Shown here one piece after another: positions 38,329 to 47,547 of a stretch of 49,328 nucleotides of DNA. Both the position numbers and the translations under genes were made by a program. The DNA is taken from positions 1 to 49,328 of IMG/VR virus record IMGVR_UViG_2778261065_000024. One strand, given 5' to 3'. The notes under the pieces are model-generated. The model made no database searches and was not told the DNA's origin. It saw nothing but the letters and a program-made list of their open reading frames with translations. Position 1 is the stretch's first letter. Each line of letters begins with the position of its first letter. The DNA comes from a virus (lineage: Duplodnaviria; Heunggongvirae; Uroviricota; Caudoviricetes).

Positions 38329-38709
38329 TCAAAAAGAAGACTGGAACTCTTCTGCTCTGCGCTCAATTTCTGCCATGTAGGATGTACGGGCTAACTCATG
38401 CGCATTGGGTGTCATAATGCTGATTAGCTGATACTTATCTGGATATAAGAAATGGCGGGAGTAAACAAGATAACTGTTTGATTTACGCGAGGCGGCAGGT
38501 AGCTTTGCAGGCCACGGCTGTTCATCAGGTAAACGAATGTGAATCTTAAAAACAAAAGAATCACGAAGACGCCCGCTATCTTCCCACTGCCCTTCGTTGC
38601 CAAAGACTGAGGGTAAAGATCCGCCGTTTTTCCATGACTGCAAAGCATGTGCATATTTACGAGCAACTGCGGGGAGTTCTATGTCATTGTGGACAGAGAC
38701 TTTAATCAT
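38329..38709 (-). CDS. YafO-family toxin (ribosome-dependent mRNA interferase family)
   Basis: 126 aa; blocks GSLPSVFGNEGQWEDS, FKIHI, SYLVYSRHF..YQLISIMTPNAHELAR..MAEIERRAEEF align with E. coli YafO as I recall it. Confidence 0.75.
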   Translation of the reverse strand: MIKVSVHNDIELPAVARKYAHALQSWKNGGSLPSVFGNEGQWEDSGRLRDSFVFKIHIRLPDEQPWPAKLPAASRKSNSYLVYSRHFLYPDKYQLISIMTPNAHELARTSYMAEIERRAEEFQSSF

Positions 38710-38718
38710 GGCCCTGCC

Positions 38719-39312
38719 TTAATGGAACGTTGGATCTTCAAGGCCCAGCTTTTTATGTTCACTGCGGATAAGTGCGTGAACCTGATCGGCGGTAACACCC
38801 AGATCAGCATCTGAAGTTTTCTTCGGCACATGCGTGCTTTCAATGAAGGATAAAATATCTTCAATCGTATAGCGAAGCGTCGCAGCGGAACGAGCAAAAG
38901 CGACAATCTCTTTTCTCAGTTCCGCGTTACTTTCAGGTACGCTTTTCAGCGCAACCTTTGCAGCCTCGACAAAACTTGCACATACCGCAATATGACGGAA
39001 AAGGCTTTCAAACCCTTCCTGAGTCTCTTTTTTCTGATTTTTCAGAATAATAGGGAGCTGCTTTTCTTCCCATTCGATGCGAAGGTTTGCCCTGTGTGTC
39101 TTCATCCTATCAGCCAGGTTAAGCATATAACTGGTGGCCTCATCAATAGGAAGGTATGCCACAGAATCCTTTACGTCCTGGAGGGATAGCGTAGACGTAC
39201 TGTGCCGGGAGATTGATAAGTCATGATGCACAATGCTACTGGCAGGAACAGGGGCGAGAGCCACCGCCAGCGCTGCGGCCATAGATGTTATTTTATTTTT
39301 TTTACTGCTCAT
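38719..39312 (-). CDS. hypothetical protein with signal-peptide-like N-terminus, co-oriented 10 bp upstream of the YafO-family toxin
   Basis: ATG at 39312 after AGGAAAGG; N-terminus MSSKKNKITSMAAALAVALAPVPASS; ORF opens at 39363; unlike YafN. Confidence 0.6.
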   Translation of the reverse strand: MSSKKNKITSMAAALAVALAPVPASSIVHHDLSISRHSTSTLSLQDVKDSVAYLPIDEATSYMLNLADRMKTHRANLRIEWEEKQLPIILKNQKKETQEGFESLFRHIAVCASFVEAAKVALKSVPESNAELRKEIVAFARSAATLRYTIEDILSFIESTHVPKKTSDADLGVTADQVHALIRSEHKKLGLEDPTFH

Positions 39313-39484
39313 AATTGCCTTTCCTGCCAATAATCGTGAACCACTGCCGGAATGATAGCGCAAAAAATCACCCGCTGAAACGAATTATCCTTGCGGCAAA
39401 ACTAGCCCGCGTCAACCTCATACCACGCCAGCGTCGATTGATAGTTTTGTGCCGCCTCGCGTAATGCCTGATAGTCAATCTTGC

Positions 39485-40012
39485 TCACTGGTTGCCTCCT
39501 TTGCGGAGTAGCGCCAGCTCTTCCTGCGCCTGCATCATGCGATTGACCTGAACGCGTGTGCGTCGAACGGCAAAATTAAATTGAAACATGAGCCGGAACA
39601 TTTCTGAGGCTTCCGTGTGAACATCATGGAGAGGTGACAGGCGGTACAGTTCTGCCTCCGTAGCTTGTTGAATCAATGACAGATCAAATTGAAGTGCGGG
39701 TCTGGTACATTTTGCACATCTGGCAGCAAGCTCCGGCATCAGTTTCTTAACGAAGGTGTTTTGCACCGCTTTGTTGAGTTGTGTCTGCATCCAAATCGCA
39801 AATTTCAGCGAACGCATAAATTTGATAGCCTCGGGCAGCGGCAGATAGATCATGCTAGTAGATTTGGGTGGTTGGTGAATCATCTTCACGGATACGCGAT
39901 TTCGCAGCGTTCGGAAAATCGTGTTCCCAACAACAGCTTCTACGGATACAGGACAGGGAGCCAGACCAGCCCGCAGTGCTTCTTTCATTAGCATGTATTC
40001 GTATTTTTTCAT
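39485..40012 (-). CDS. hypothetical protein (175 aa) downstream of parR
   Basis: ORF co-oriented with parMR; no recognisable motifs. Confidence 0.55.
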   Translation of the reverse strand: MKKYEYMLMKEALRAGLAPCPVSVEAVVGNTIFRTLRNRVSVKMIHQPPKSTSMIYLPLPEAIKFMRSLKFAIWMQTQLNKAVQNTFVKKLMPELAARCAKCTRPALQFDLSLIQQATEAELYRLSPLHDVHTEASEMFRLMFQFNFAVRRTRVQVNRMMQAQEELALLRKGGNQ

Positions 40013-40072
40013 TGTGTTTTCCTCGTGCGGGGCGACAGTGCGCCCCGATAAAATTAAAAGCCGTCAAATTCG

Positions 40073-40384
40073 TCATTCAGGAAATAATGCCCGGATATTC
40101 CCTGCCATCTGGCTGGTTATCTGTGCGGTTGGTGCTGTCTGTGACGCGAGGCGTTCTGTCCTGGTTTGTGTCACTGATAACGCCTCATCGTCAGCCCATG
40201 CGGCCAGTCGGTAAGCCTCTGCCGGATTCATTTTCAGAAGTGCCAGCCCGGCCAGAAAAGCCATGCGTTGGACGCTTTTGCGGGCTTCTGGTGTAAGGCT
40301 GTCCAGCCAGGCGCATGCTTCGCCTTCGTTCTTGACGGCGGCGGGCTTCAGATAGAAACTTATCCGTCTGGTTGGTGTCGTCAT
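40073..40384 (-). CDS. parR: ParR/StbB-like centromere-binding partition protein
   Basis: 103 aa; ISFYLKPAAV...LDSLTPEARKSVQRMAFLAGLAL resembles R1 ParR; immediately downstream of parM. Confidence 0.7.
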   Translation of the reverse strand: MTTPTRRISFYLKPAAVKNEGEACAWLDSLTPEARKSVQRMAFLAGLALLKMNPAEAYRLAAWADDEALSVTQTRTERLASQTAPTAQITSQMAGNIRALFPE

Positions 40385-40388
40385 TGGT

Positions 40389-41348
40389 TTACTCCTTGTT
40401 CATTGCGTACAGCCCATTAACCAGAGCAAACTGTGGCACCCCGTCCGCGATGAAAGTCGCATTAACTCCGCAGGCTTCGCGGATAGCGGGTGCCACAATC
40501 TCCGCTCCTCCACCGACAACCATCACCCGCCCGTAACCGGAAAAACCCGCCAGCACGCGGATCACACGTTGTTTCAGTGTTTCTTCCTTTTCACGAATAA
40601 CCGCCACCAGGCTGGCGTAATGCGCGTCATTGTGGATGTGCTGGCGCAGCCAGGCTTCATCATGGCGATGTTCGATAATGGTATTGGCGATGTGGTGACT
40701 GGTACGCATACCGTTAGTGGCCATCACCGACAGTACGGCATCGGCCATCAGGGAAACGCCTACGTGTGGATCGCAAAACACCTGGCTGATACCTGCCAGT
40801 TGTCCCTGAACCTTTGCCACATCCAGCGTGGTTCCGCCTAAATCCACAATCAGCAGGGATTCAAACGGACTCATGTCAGCCAGTGCTTTAAAACCAGCCG
40901 GAATGGATTCAGGCATAACCCGTACGTTACGGATAGTGAATGCTTTTCCGTTCTGGTATTCCACCGGGCGCATGACGTTTGCTTTTTTGCGGTTGATGTT
41001 GGCCATGTCCGGCTGTGCGTTTGTGTCGAAATACTCGCTCAGTGGCAGGGTGACAACCACATCCACCTCCTGTGGTGTGATGCCTGATTTGACCAGCGCG
41101 TGATGAATGGCAATGACATTCACATCGCTGTACTGGTATTGCGTGTCGGTCGTCTGGACAAAGCGATCGCTGACCGGATCAAAACCATAGCGCACGCCAT
41201 CAAGCATGTAGTTCGCGGGCTGCGTGCCACCGAACGGCGCAGACCATTCCGACTTGAAGCTGTTCGGGCTGATAGCGTTGCGGCGTTCGCCGTTCTCAGT
41301 CCATGCCAGCTTGATGTTGGTGGAGCCGTCGTCGATACAAATTTTCAT
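40389..41348 (-). CDS. parM: ParM/StbA actin-like partition ATPase
   Basis: 319 aa; MKICIDDGSTNIKLAW, SPNSFK, YSDVNVIAIHHAL, VMPESIPAGF, LIVDLGGTTLDV, VMVVGGGAEI match ParM/StbA conserved blocks. Confidence 0.9.
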   Translation of the reverse strand: MKICIDDGSTNIKLAWTENGERRNAISPNSFKSEWSAPFGGTQPANYMLDGVRYGFDPVSDRFVQTTDTQYQYSDVNVIAIHHALVKSGITPQEVDVVVTLPLSEYFDTNAQPDMANINRKKANVMRPVEYQNGKAFTIRNVRVMPESIPAGFKALADMSPFESLLIVDLGGTTLDVAKVQGQLAGISQVFCDPHVGVSLMADAVLSVMATNGMRTSHHIANTIIEHRHDEAWLRQHIHNDAHYASLVAVIREKEETLKQRVIRVLAGFSGYGRVMVVGGGAEIVAPAIREACGVNATFIADGVPQFALVNGLYAMNKE

Positions 41349-41379
41349 GTCGCTTTTCCTTATGTTGATTAATTAATCG

Positions 41380-41492
41380 TTTACGGGATTCTGAAATCCC
41401 GTTTTTGCCTGTTTTGTGCGCGCTTCATATATCGCTGCGCGTTTTTTGGTCATTTACGGGATTCGTGAGTCCCGTTTCTGTCTGTTTTTTGT
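41380..41492. repeat. two about 40-bp direct repeats, each with a palindromic core (ACGGGATTC..AATCCCGT), upstream of parM; candidate parC-like site
   Basis: tttacgggattctgaaatcccgtttttgcctgttttgtg (41380-41418) and tttacgggattcgtgagtcccgtttctgtctgttttttgt (41453-41492); the second lies within the 3' end of the A ORF. Confidence 0.5.
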
Positions 41493-44247
41493 TTCCGCTG
41501 GTCAGGCCACCCCGCAGCAGGTCTGCTTTGCGGCTGGCGCGTTCAGTGGTTTCACTGATTCTCTGTGCGTGCTCTGCGTCGCGGATGGCGCGCAGCATGT
41601 CAGAAAGCACGGTAACGGGTGTTTTCATGGTGTTCTGGTCCTGCTGAAGTGTGGATGCCAGGCGTGCGGCGGCTTCAGGGTCTGATGCCCCCAGCTGTGC
41701 CAGATAGCTGGCGACCGGGTTATGGCGGATCTCCGTGCTGCTTACGCCATGATTACGGCTCAGGCGCTGCCAGAGCTGCGTGATTCGGCTGTCCGGGCGG
41801 GTATCCGGTTTGCGTACAATTTCAAATCCCTGCGGTGCAATGATGCTGCCGTCAACGTACAGACTGCCGCCCCGTAACAGGTGCTGCATCTGTTGTTCAC
41901 CGATATGCAGGCCGAGAGATTCAGCAGACTCCCGCCATTCTTTAGCGAGTAACTCGTGGTTATCAGGCAAAGGTCGCGGCTGTTTGCGGCTCTGTGTCCA
42001 GTTCTGCATTTCATCGCTGCTGTTTTTTGCCTGTTTGTCACGAAGCGAACGCATCAGCGCCCGGCGTTCGTGTCGTTTCAGTGAGCGCATCCATTCATTC
42101 ACTTCAACGCCGTCAGGGATCTGCGGCCACGGTGCTGGCCGTTCTTCCGGCTGTTCTGTCCCGTTGTTGTCCGTTTCCTGTGCACGGGGACAGTTATTGC
42201 CACGAGTCCAAGGGGCGGCAGGGCCGCCCTGAAGGTCAAAACCATTTTCGTGGGTGCTGTCTTCCGCTTCCGGTTTACGTCTTACCAGCTTCCAGTTATC
42301 CGGGTGCGTGCACACACGGGAGGATTCCCCGATGAGTGGCGACCAGATCCCGTAAATCTGTACACTCTGTTCGCCGTAATCGTTCAGCTCATCTGCGAGG
42401 TCGTAGGCTGTGCGAATCAGGTAGTCCTTGCGCGGAACAAGTACGCCACCCTGTTTTTCAATGTAGGTGGCAAAACACCCGGCATCAGCGGCAGCAAGAA
42501 CCGCATCCATTGCGTCATCCTTCAGCCGTTGCGGGCCCTCCGGGTTGCGTGCCATCTGGCTGGCAAGGCGGCGGAGTTCACGCCACACCTGACGGGAGGG
42601 AATGCCAAAGAACTGGAACTGGCGGACCCGGTGAAGGCGCGCCCAGCCGATGGCGCGCTCCACGCTCTCGGCCATTGATTTTCCTGTTTCGTGGTCAACG
42701 CGTGGTTTGCCCGTTTTCGGGTCGATGCCATCCACGGCGCGGCTGTCCAGGTTCTTTCCGATGTAGGTGGCGATGTAGCTGGTTGGCGTGCCTTTTGAGC
42801 CGTCTACATACTCCGCCTTAAAGCGCGGAGTAATATCATCGCCCAGCTCGTGACGATCTTCCTGAATGGCAATATCGCGGGTGTGGGACACAATGGTGTC
42901 GATTTCTTCCGGATGGGCAAAGACCATCATATGCCAGTGCACGGTTCCGTCATGGTGAGGCTCCACCGTGCGGATGCCATACCAGCGCAGGCCGTCGCGG
43001 TTCAGTTTTTTGCGGACCGCCGCAAAAAACGTGTTAACCAGGTAATCGCTGGAGTCGCGCATGGTGGCCCCGTTCCATTTGGGGTTCGGATGACCGTTCT
43101 CCGTTGTTGCGTGGTATTTTGACGGGCAGGTGACAGTCAGAAACACCGCTCTGTCGCCACGGGCTTCGGCCAGAAGTTCCAGTCCCTTCATGGTGGCCAT
43201 CATTTCTGCCTTACGGTGAACCGGGTTACTTACTCCCGCGTAATACACTGTCTCGAGATCAATCGTGAACCCGTCTTCATTTTCCAGCATGAAACTTTTC
43301 AGGAAATCGCGTGTTTTCTCGCGCTGTGCGCGAAACTCGCTTAACGCGTCCTGGCTCAGATAGGGTGATGTTTTTCTGGAAACCAGACAGGCGGCGCGGA
43401 GTTGTTCTTCTCTCCACTCGCAACGTAACAGCCACAGTTTGCGTTTCCACCATTCCGCACAGGTCAGGCGAAGGATTGCGCCCGGCAGCAGCTCCGTGTC
43501 CGGTTCGTTCCTCCGGTCTTTGTCTGTTGTCAGTGCGTCATAATGTGGAGGCATGGCGTGCAGGTGTAACGCCATGCGGGCCAGCATCTGATACGCCTTC
43601 AGCGTTACATCCATGGTCAGTTCGCCATCAGTCGCGCCAAAGCCATCGCAGAGTTTTTCGAAGGTGCTGCTGAACATCGCCGCCGTCATGGTGGCCAGCG
43701 TCTGTATCTGGTGCTTGTTGAGCTGCGGCAGGTAAAGCAAATCATCCAGGCGTTCGCGTCCGGCAAGGGAGCGATAACCCGGTGTCAGCCAGCGGTGGTC
43801 GGTGCGGTCCAGACGTTCGAATATTTTGCGCAGGGTTCCGCGCGCGTAGCGTTCAGCCTGCCAGCTCTTTTTGCCTTTCCGGCGATCGACTTCCTGTTTT
43901 TTGCGCAGGAAGGAGAGGTGGCGAATAAGCGGATCGCGCAGATAGGACGGCAGCAGGCGCAGCGAGGCCATGGCTTCATCCACCGCGCCGCGTGCCTGTT
44001 TTCTGGCGTCTCCTGCCAGTGTGATGGTTTTGTCCTGTTTTTCCTGTGCATCCAGGCTTTTATTAATCAGGTTGCCCAGCGGCGTGGCGGAGAACGCCGC
44101 ATCAGCCATTTCCTGGCGGCGCTCGTTCTCTGCCCGGTAGGCATCCAGCCAGGAGGAAAGCGCAGATTCAGGAACGGGGATCCCCGTTCCTTCACGTCCC
44201 ACTGCGTGGCGCGGTTGTTGCCAGTCCCTGATGTACTCTGCCGTCAT
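41425..44247 (-). CDS. A: replication initiation endonuclease gpA (second segment)
   Basis: 940 aa; paralogue of 5983-8397 with the same conserved blocks. Confidence 0.9.
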   Translation of the reverse strand: MTAEYIRDWQQPRHAVGREGTGIPVPESALSSWLDAYRAENERRQEMADAAFSATPLGNLINKSLDAQEKQDKTITLAGDARKQARGAVDEAMASLRLLPSYLRDPLIRHLSFLRKKQEVDRRKGKKSWQAERYARGTLRKIFERLDRTDHRWLTPGYRSLAGRERLDDLLYLPQLNKHQIQTLATMTAAMFSSTFEKLCDGFGATDGELTMDVTLKAYQMLARMALHLHAMPPHYDALTTDKDRRNEPDTELLPGAILRLTCAEWWKRKLWLLRCEWREEQLRAACLVSRKTSPYLSQDALSEFRAQREKTRDFLKSFMLENEDGFTIDLETVYYAGVSNPVHRKAEMMATMKGLELLAEARGDRAVFLTVTCPSKYHATTENGHPNPKWNGATMRDSSDYLVNTFFAAVRKKLNRDGLRWYGIRTVEPHHDGTVHWHMMVFAHPEEIDTIVSHTRDIAIQEDRHELGDDITPRFKAEYVDGSKGTPTSYIATYIGKNLDSRAVDGIDPKTGKPRVDHETGKSMAESVERAIGWARLHRVRQFQFFGIPSRQVWRELRRLASQMARNPEGPQRLKDDAMDAVLAAADAGCFATYIEKQGGVLVPRKDYLIRTAYDLADELNDYGEQSVQIYGIWSPLIGESSRVCTHPDNWKLVRRKPEAEDSTHENGFDLQGGPAAPWTRGNNCPRAQETDNNGTEQPEERPAPWPQIPDGVEVNEWMRSLKRHERRALMRSLRDKQAKNSSDEMQNWTQSRKQPRPLPDNHELLAKEWRESAESLGLHIGEQQMQHLLRGGSLYVDGSIIAPQGFEIVRKPDTRPDSRITQLWQRLSRNHGVSSTEIRHNPVASYLAQLGASDPEAAARLASTLQQDQNTMKTPVTVLSDMLRAIRDAEHAQRISETTERASRKADLLRGGLTSGNKKQTETGLTNPVNDQKTRSDI

Positions 44248-44253
44248 AGTGAT

Positions 44254-44619
44254 TTACTTCGTCATGCCATTCAGGGTGTCGCGGCAGACGGCAGCCAGCC
44301 GCTGAATTTCCAGCACGGTGTCTTCTGTGTCGGCATGGCGATGTGTGATGCGGATGCTGTCGGCAATCACATCGACGATTGCAGAGGATGAGCGCTGGTA
44401 AATGCCAATAACGGACGGGGTGCCACCTTCAATGCGGTAAAGCCTGTAATTTCCCTCGTGGCTGTCAATCATGTAGCGACCATCAATAACAATCTTTCCG
44501 TCAGCGAGCTGCGGTACAGGCAGGGATTTCAGGTACATGTCATAACGATCACGCACGCGAGCGGCAAGATCACGTTCTGTGTTGAGCAGGTATTCAAGAA
44601 AGTCGTTGGCGAGAATCAT
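44254..44619 (-). CDS. hypothetical early protein (121 aa)
   Basis: ORF directly upstream of A in the early operon. Confidence 0.55.
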   Translation of the reverse strand: MILANDFLEYLLNTERDLAARVRDRYDMYLKSLPVPQLADGKIVIDGRYMIDSHEGNYRLYRIEGGTPSVIGIYQRSSSAIVDVIADSIRITHRHADTEDTVLEIQRLAAVCRDTLNGMTK

Positions 44620-44691
44620 TGCGGCAATCCTCTTGTTACAGATGTGCGAAGGCCTCCCGCCGCAAGGTGCAGGAAAGGCCCGGAACAGGAA

Positions 44692-44922
44692 TTAATGGAG
44701 TTTGTTTTGCTGCTGGATGAGCTGTTGAAGCTCGCGCAGATCATCCGCCAGATAGCTGAAAACAGCGGATGAATAGAGGTTTGAAAGTTCGCAGCTACGC
44801 TCATGCAGCATATTGATGTGCATGATTTTAGCGACGCGGAATGCGCGGGAAAGTCTGCGGTTGATTTCAGTCTGGATGTGACGACGCTCCGCGATAGTGC
44901 GGTGCTGTTTGCGGTTTGCCAT
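44692..44922 (-). CDS. hypothetical early protein (76 aa)
   Basis: ORF in the early operon; basic N-terminus. Confidence 0.45.
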   Translation of the reverse strand: MANRKQHRTIAERRHIQTEINRRLSRAFRVAKIMHINMLHERSCELSNLYSSAVFSYLADDLRELQQLIQQQNKLH

Positions 44923-45244
44923 GATATGTGGCCTCTTGTAGTAAGTTGTGAAAACTCACCATCCAGAGCTGCGAAACTGTGGGTGGCGAGACGTACGAGG
45001 TTCGCAGTACCGGCTACAAGAGATCCCGGCCCGACCGAAGTCGGCCCCGTACGCCCCGCCATAATTCTGACGCGAAAAAAACGTGGCAATACAGTACGCA
45101 CAAAAAAACCGCTGGCGCGGTTGTGCGCTCTTGTAGTCAGCAGGCTGCGAAACCCGGCACCCGTTTTATGAGGTGCAGCGGAAATGTAACCTGACTGATT
45201 GCGGCATGGCAAGCGGTTTTTTTGTGTGTGCATGCTCTGGTTTC

Positions 45245-45544
45245 TTACTGGTTCAAAAAAAAATCAAAAACCTTGTCAATACGTTGCAGCAGCTCTTGCT
45301 GTATTGCTTCCGGCGTTTCCGGTTCGCCTGGCACCTCCAATGTCGCGCAGAAATCAGCGATTTCATGATGGAGCGTCAGGCGAATGGCAGGAGCCGTGGT
45401 TCTGGCGTGCTCCAGCTCATCCAGCAATGCCAGCGCAGCAGACGGCGAGAGCATTGCGCGAAATGCCAGTAATTTTTGAGGTGTTGCCATTCGTTGCAGG
45501 GCAAATGCCAGTTCGCGTAGCTTCTGGTGGTTGATGGTGCTCAT
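45245..45544 (-). CDS. hypothetical early protein (99 aa)
   Basis: ORF whose start overlaps the stop of the upstream ORF. Confidence 0.5.
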   Translation of the reverse strand: MSTINHQKLRELAFALQRMATPQKLLAFRAMLSPSAALALLDELEHARTTAPAIRLTLHHEIADFCATLEVPGEPETPEAIQQELLQRIDKVFDFFLNQ

Positions 45545-45807
45545 GTTCTGGCTTCCTTCAGTAGCTGGTTAAACATGTGAGTAAGTGGATTGCTACACCC
45601 GAACGGCATCGGGTTTACGTGGTAAGAAGCCTGGCCTCCAGTTTTGCGAGCGCGACCACCTGTGCTGCGGTTTGTTCTGATGACTAAGCCGCCGCGCCAA
45701 AGTTGGCGTAACTCAGCATTAATGGCTGTGGTTGGAGTATTCAGTGCTGCGGCGATCTCTCCGCCGCTACACCCCGGATGAGTAGCGATGTAGTCCAGAA
45801 TGGTCAT
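45541..45807 (-). CDS. hypothetical protein, possible winged-helix DNA-binding domain (88 aa)
   Basis: ORF with overlapping start/stop on both sides (operon coupling). Confidence 0.5.
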   Translation of the reverse strand: MTILDYIATHPGCSGGEIAAALNTPTTAINAELRQLWRGGLVIRTNRSTGGRARKTGGQASYHVNPMPFGCSNPLTHMFNQLLKEART

Positions 45808-46007
45808 CTGCGTGGCTCCTGTACCTGTCGGATAAGGTTTACCCGCGCCACATTAGTGGCGCAGAAGTAAGTGCCGTCAGTGAGGTAGATGTGGTGTGCA
45901 TCCTTTTCCGAACGATGTTTGTCGATAGTGGTAATCAGGCGTTCGTCGACCTCGTATTCGCGCCCTCTGGAGGTAAAGCGAACGACGGGAAAATGCTTAA
46001 TTGCCAT
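45804..46007 (-). CDS. hypothetical early protein (67 aa)
   Basis: Coupled ORF in the early operon. Confidence 0.45.
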   Translation of the reverse strand: MAIKHFPVVRFTSRGREYEVDERLITTIDKHRSEKDAHHIYLTDGTYFCATNVARVNLIRQVQEPRR

Positions 46008-46030
46008 TGCGCCCCCTTTGTCCAGTAACT

Positions 46031-46441
46031 CTATGCGTTAAATACGGTGCACTGTGCGTCATCAATGAATGCGACTTGAGAGCGCTCTATCAGGCGGAGA
46101 TTTGTCAGAATTTCTGATTCCCTTATGGGGTGAGGAGTGATCAGGTATTTATCCTGTAACCCGGCGATAATGGTGTATCGCTGTAGCTCCGGGCCAATTG
46201 TGTAAATAAGGCGTCCGGTGTTAGACAAATCCAGTCCGGTGACTGGTTGTGTTCTGAGAACCGCCAGTTCAGCATCCTGTTTTGCGATAATTTCGGCTGC
46301 TTCTGCCGTGACTCTTGCGACTATCAGTGTGTGGGTTGCGACGTCCATATGATTATTTGCTATGGCTTTTTTCGCTACTTCGTTTTCTGTCTTTGAAATT
46401 TCTTTCAGTGCTCTGATGATACCTTCTTCTTTTGCGTGCAT
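46031..46441 (-). CDS. hypothetical early protein (136 aa)
   Basis: ORF in the early operon. Confidence 0.55.
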   Translation of the reverse strand: MHAKEEGIIRALKEISKTENEVAKKAIANNHMDVATHTLIVARVTAEAAEIIAKQDAELAVLRTQPVTGLDLSNTGRLIYTIGPELQRYTIIAGLQDKYLITPHPIRESEILTNLRLIERSQVAFIDDAQCTVFNA

Positions 46442-46534
46442 TTTTGTATCTCCGTTATTTGCGTGTGCGAATACCTCCGTTAATACGGATGGTTTTCACG
46501 TTTTCTTATTTAATTTGATGTTTTATTTGTATCG

Positions 46535-46648
46535 TTATTCACCAGTGAAAAAACGTTCAATCTTTTTTACTGAATGAATAATTCGCATAATTCCAATGGC
46601 GCAGGCCACCGAAATAATCAGAACAAGCCATGAGATAAATATACTCAT
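46535..46648 (-). CDS. small hydrophobic peptide (37 aa, MSIFISWLVLIISVACAIGIMRIIHSVKKIERFFTGE), not in the ORF track
   Basis: ATG overlaps the TGA of the upstream 80-aa ORF (ATGA coupling); one predicted TM helix then a basic tail; TAA stop at 46535-46537. Confidence 0.45.
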   Translation of the reverse strand: MSIFISWLVLIISVACAIGIMRIIHSVKKIERFFTGE

Positions 46649-46887
46649 GCGATATTCCCCAGCTTATACGGTTCAATATGTTCCCCGCATTCTGCGGCAC
46701 AGATCAGCTCGGAAAGTTCGTTAAGTGCATCCAGATCATCAGCGTAAAAAGCGACGTCATACAAACTCCGGATTGCCCTGGTCAATGAGTCACGGGCTGC
46801 ACGTTCAGCATGAGCGCCTGATGCACTTAAGCGAAAATAAAATCGTTCAAGTGCTTTGTTAATGAGAGTTTTATATTCTTTGCCCAT
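46645..46887 (-). CDS. hypothetical early protein (80 aa)
   Basis: ORF in the early operon. Confidence 0.5.
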   Translation of the reverse strand: MGKEYKTLINKALERFYFRLSASGAHAERAARDSLTRAIRSLYDVAFYADDLDALNELSELICAAECGEHIEPYKLGNIA

Positions 46888-46898
46888 CGCAACGCCCT

Positions 46899-47177
46899 TT
46901 AATCTGCTTTCTGAATTTCAGCTTCTGAATCCATACAAATAATTTCGATATATGGTTCATCGCCATTAACCTGACGTGCCTTTTCAGCTTCGCTAATGAT
47001 TTCTCGCACGGTCTGGTACAGAAGCTCCACAGTCAGGCGCGTACCGTTCAGATAAACGTAAGTAGCTGCGTTTTTTTCGGATGGAACAACTCCGTCAATG
47101 GCTGATGCGCGTAATAACAGTTCACCGCGAAAATCAATAAAACGGATAAATACACCTTGTGCATGCTCTTTGGTCAT
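46899..47177 (-). CDS. hypothetical early protein (about 92 aa; ORF extends to 47237)
   Basis: ATG at 47177 after AGGTG, 11 bp after the upstream stop. Confidence 0.5.
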   Translation of the reverse strand: MTKEHAQGVFIRFIDFRGELLLRASAIDGVVPSEKNAATYVYLNGTRLTVELLYQTVREIISEAEKARQVNGDEPYIEIICMDSEAEIQKAD

Positions 47178-47187
47178 AAAGCACCTG

Positions 47188-47529
47188 TTATAAATCAGCC
47201 TGTTTAATAAAACTTTGCCCACGAAGCAGACGATCAACCGTGCGAAGTGCTTCGTATAATGTGAAATCCTGCCCGAATTGATTGTCGCCGCAGCTCAATG
47301 CAAAAATGCGGTTTCCGGTAAACGGATTGCGTGGGCATTTGTGGACCACGATTCCAGCTTTCTCAATCAGCCAGGCATGCTCGCCGATTTGTTTTACTGG
47401 GTAGCCATCCGGCGTTGCGTGTGTATCACTCAGGCTGTAGCGGATGTTGCTGCGTGATGCACTGGTAGCGAAACGGTTAGCGTGGCGTTCAGCACCATTA
47501 CGAAAGCGTGAATTACGTTGCTGTTTCAT
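47188..47529 (-). CDS. hypothetical early protein (113 aa)
   Basis: ORF immediately downstream of the cox-like gene. Confidence 0.55.
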   Translation of the reverse strand: MKQQRNSRFRNGAERHANRFATSASRSNIRYSLSDTHATPDGYPVKQIGEHAWLIEKAGIVVHKCPRNPFTGNRIFALSCGDNQFGQDFTLYEALRTVDRLLRGQSFIKQADL

Positions 47530-47547
47530 ATCAAAACTCCCTGCATC

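Noticed and set aside
44616-45233. 205-aa minus-strand ORF spanning the noncoding region and two early genes
   Set aside because: Overlaps better-supported ORFs in other frames; Ser/Thr/Arg-rich low-complexity translation
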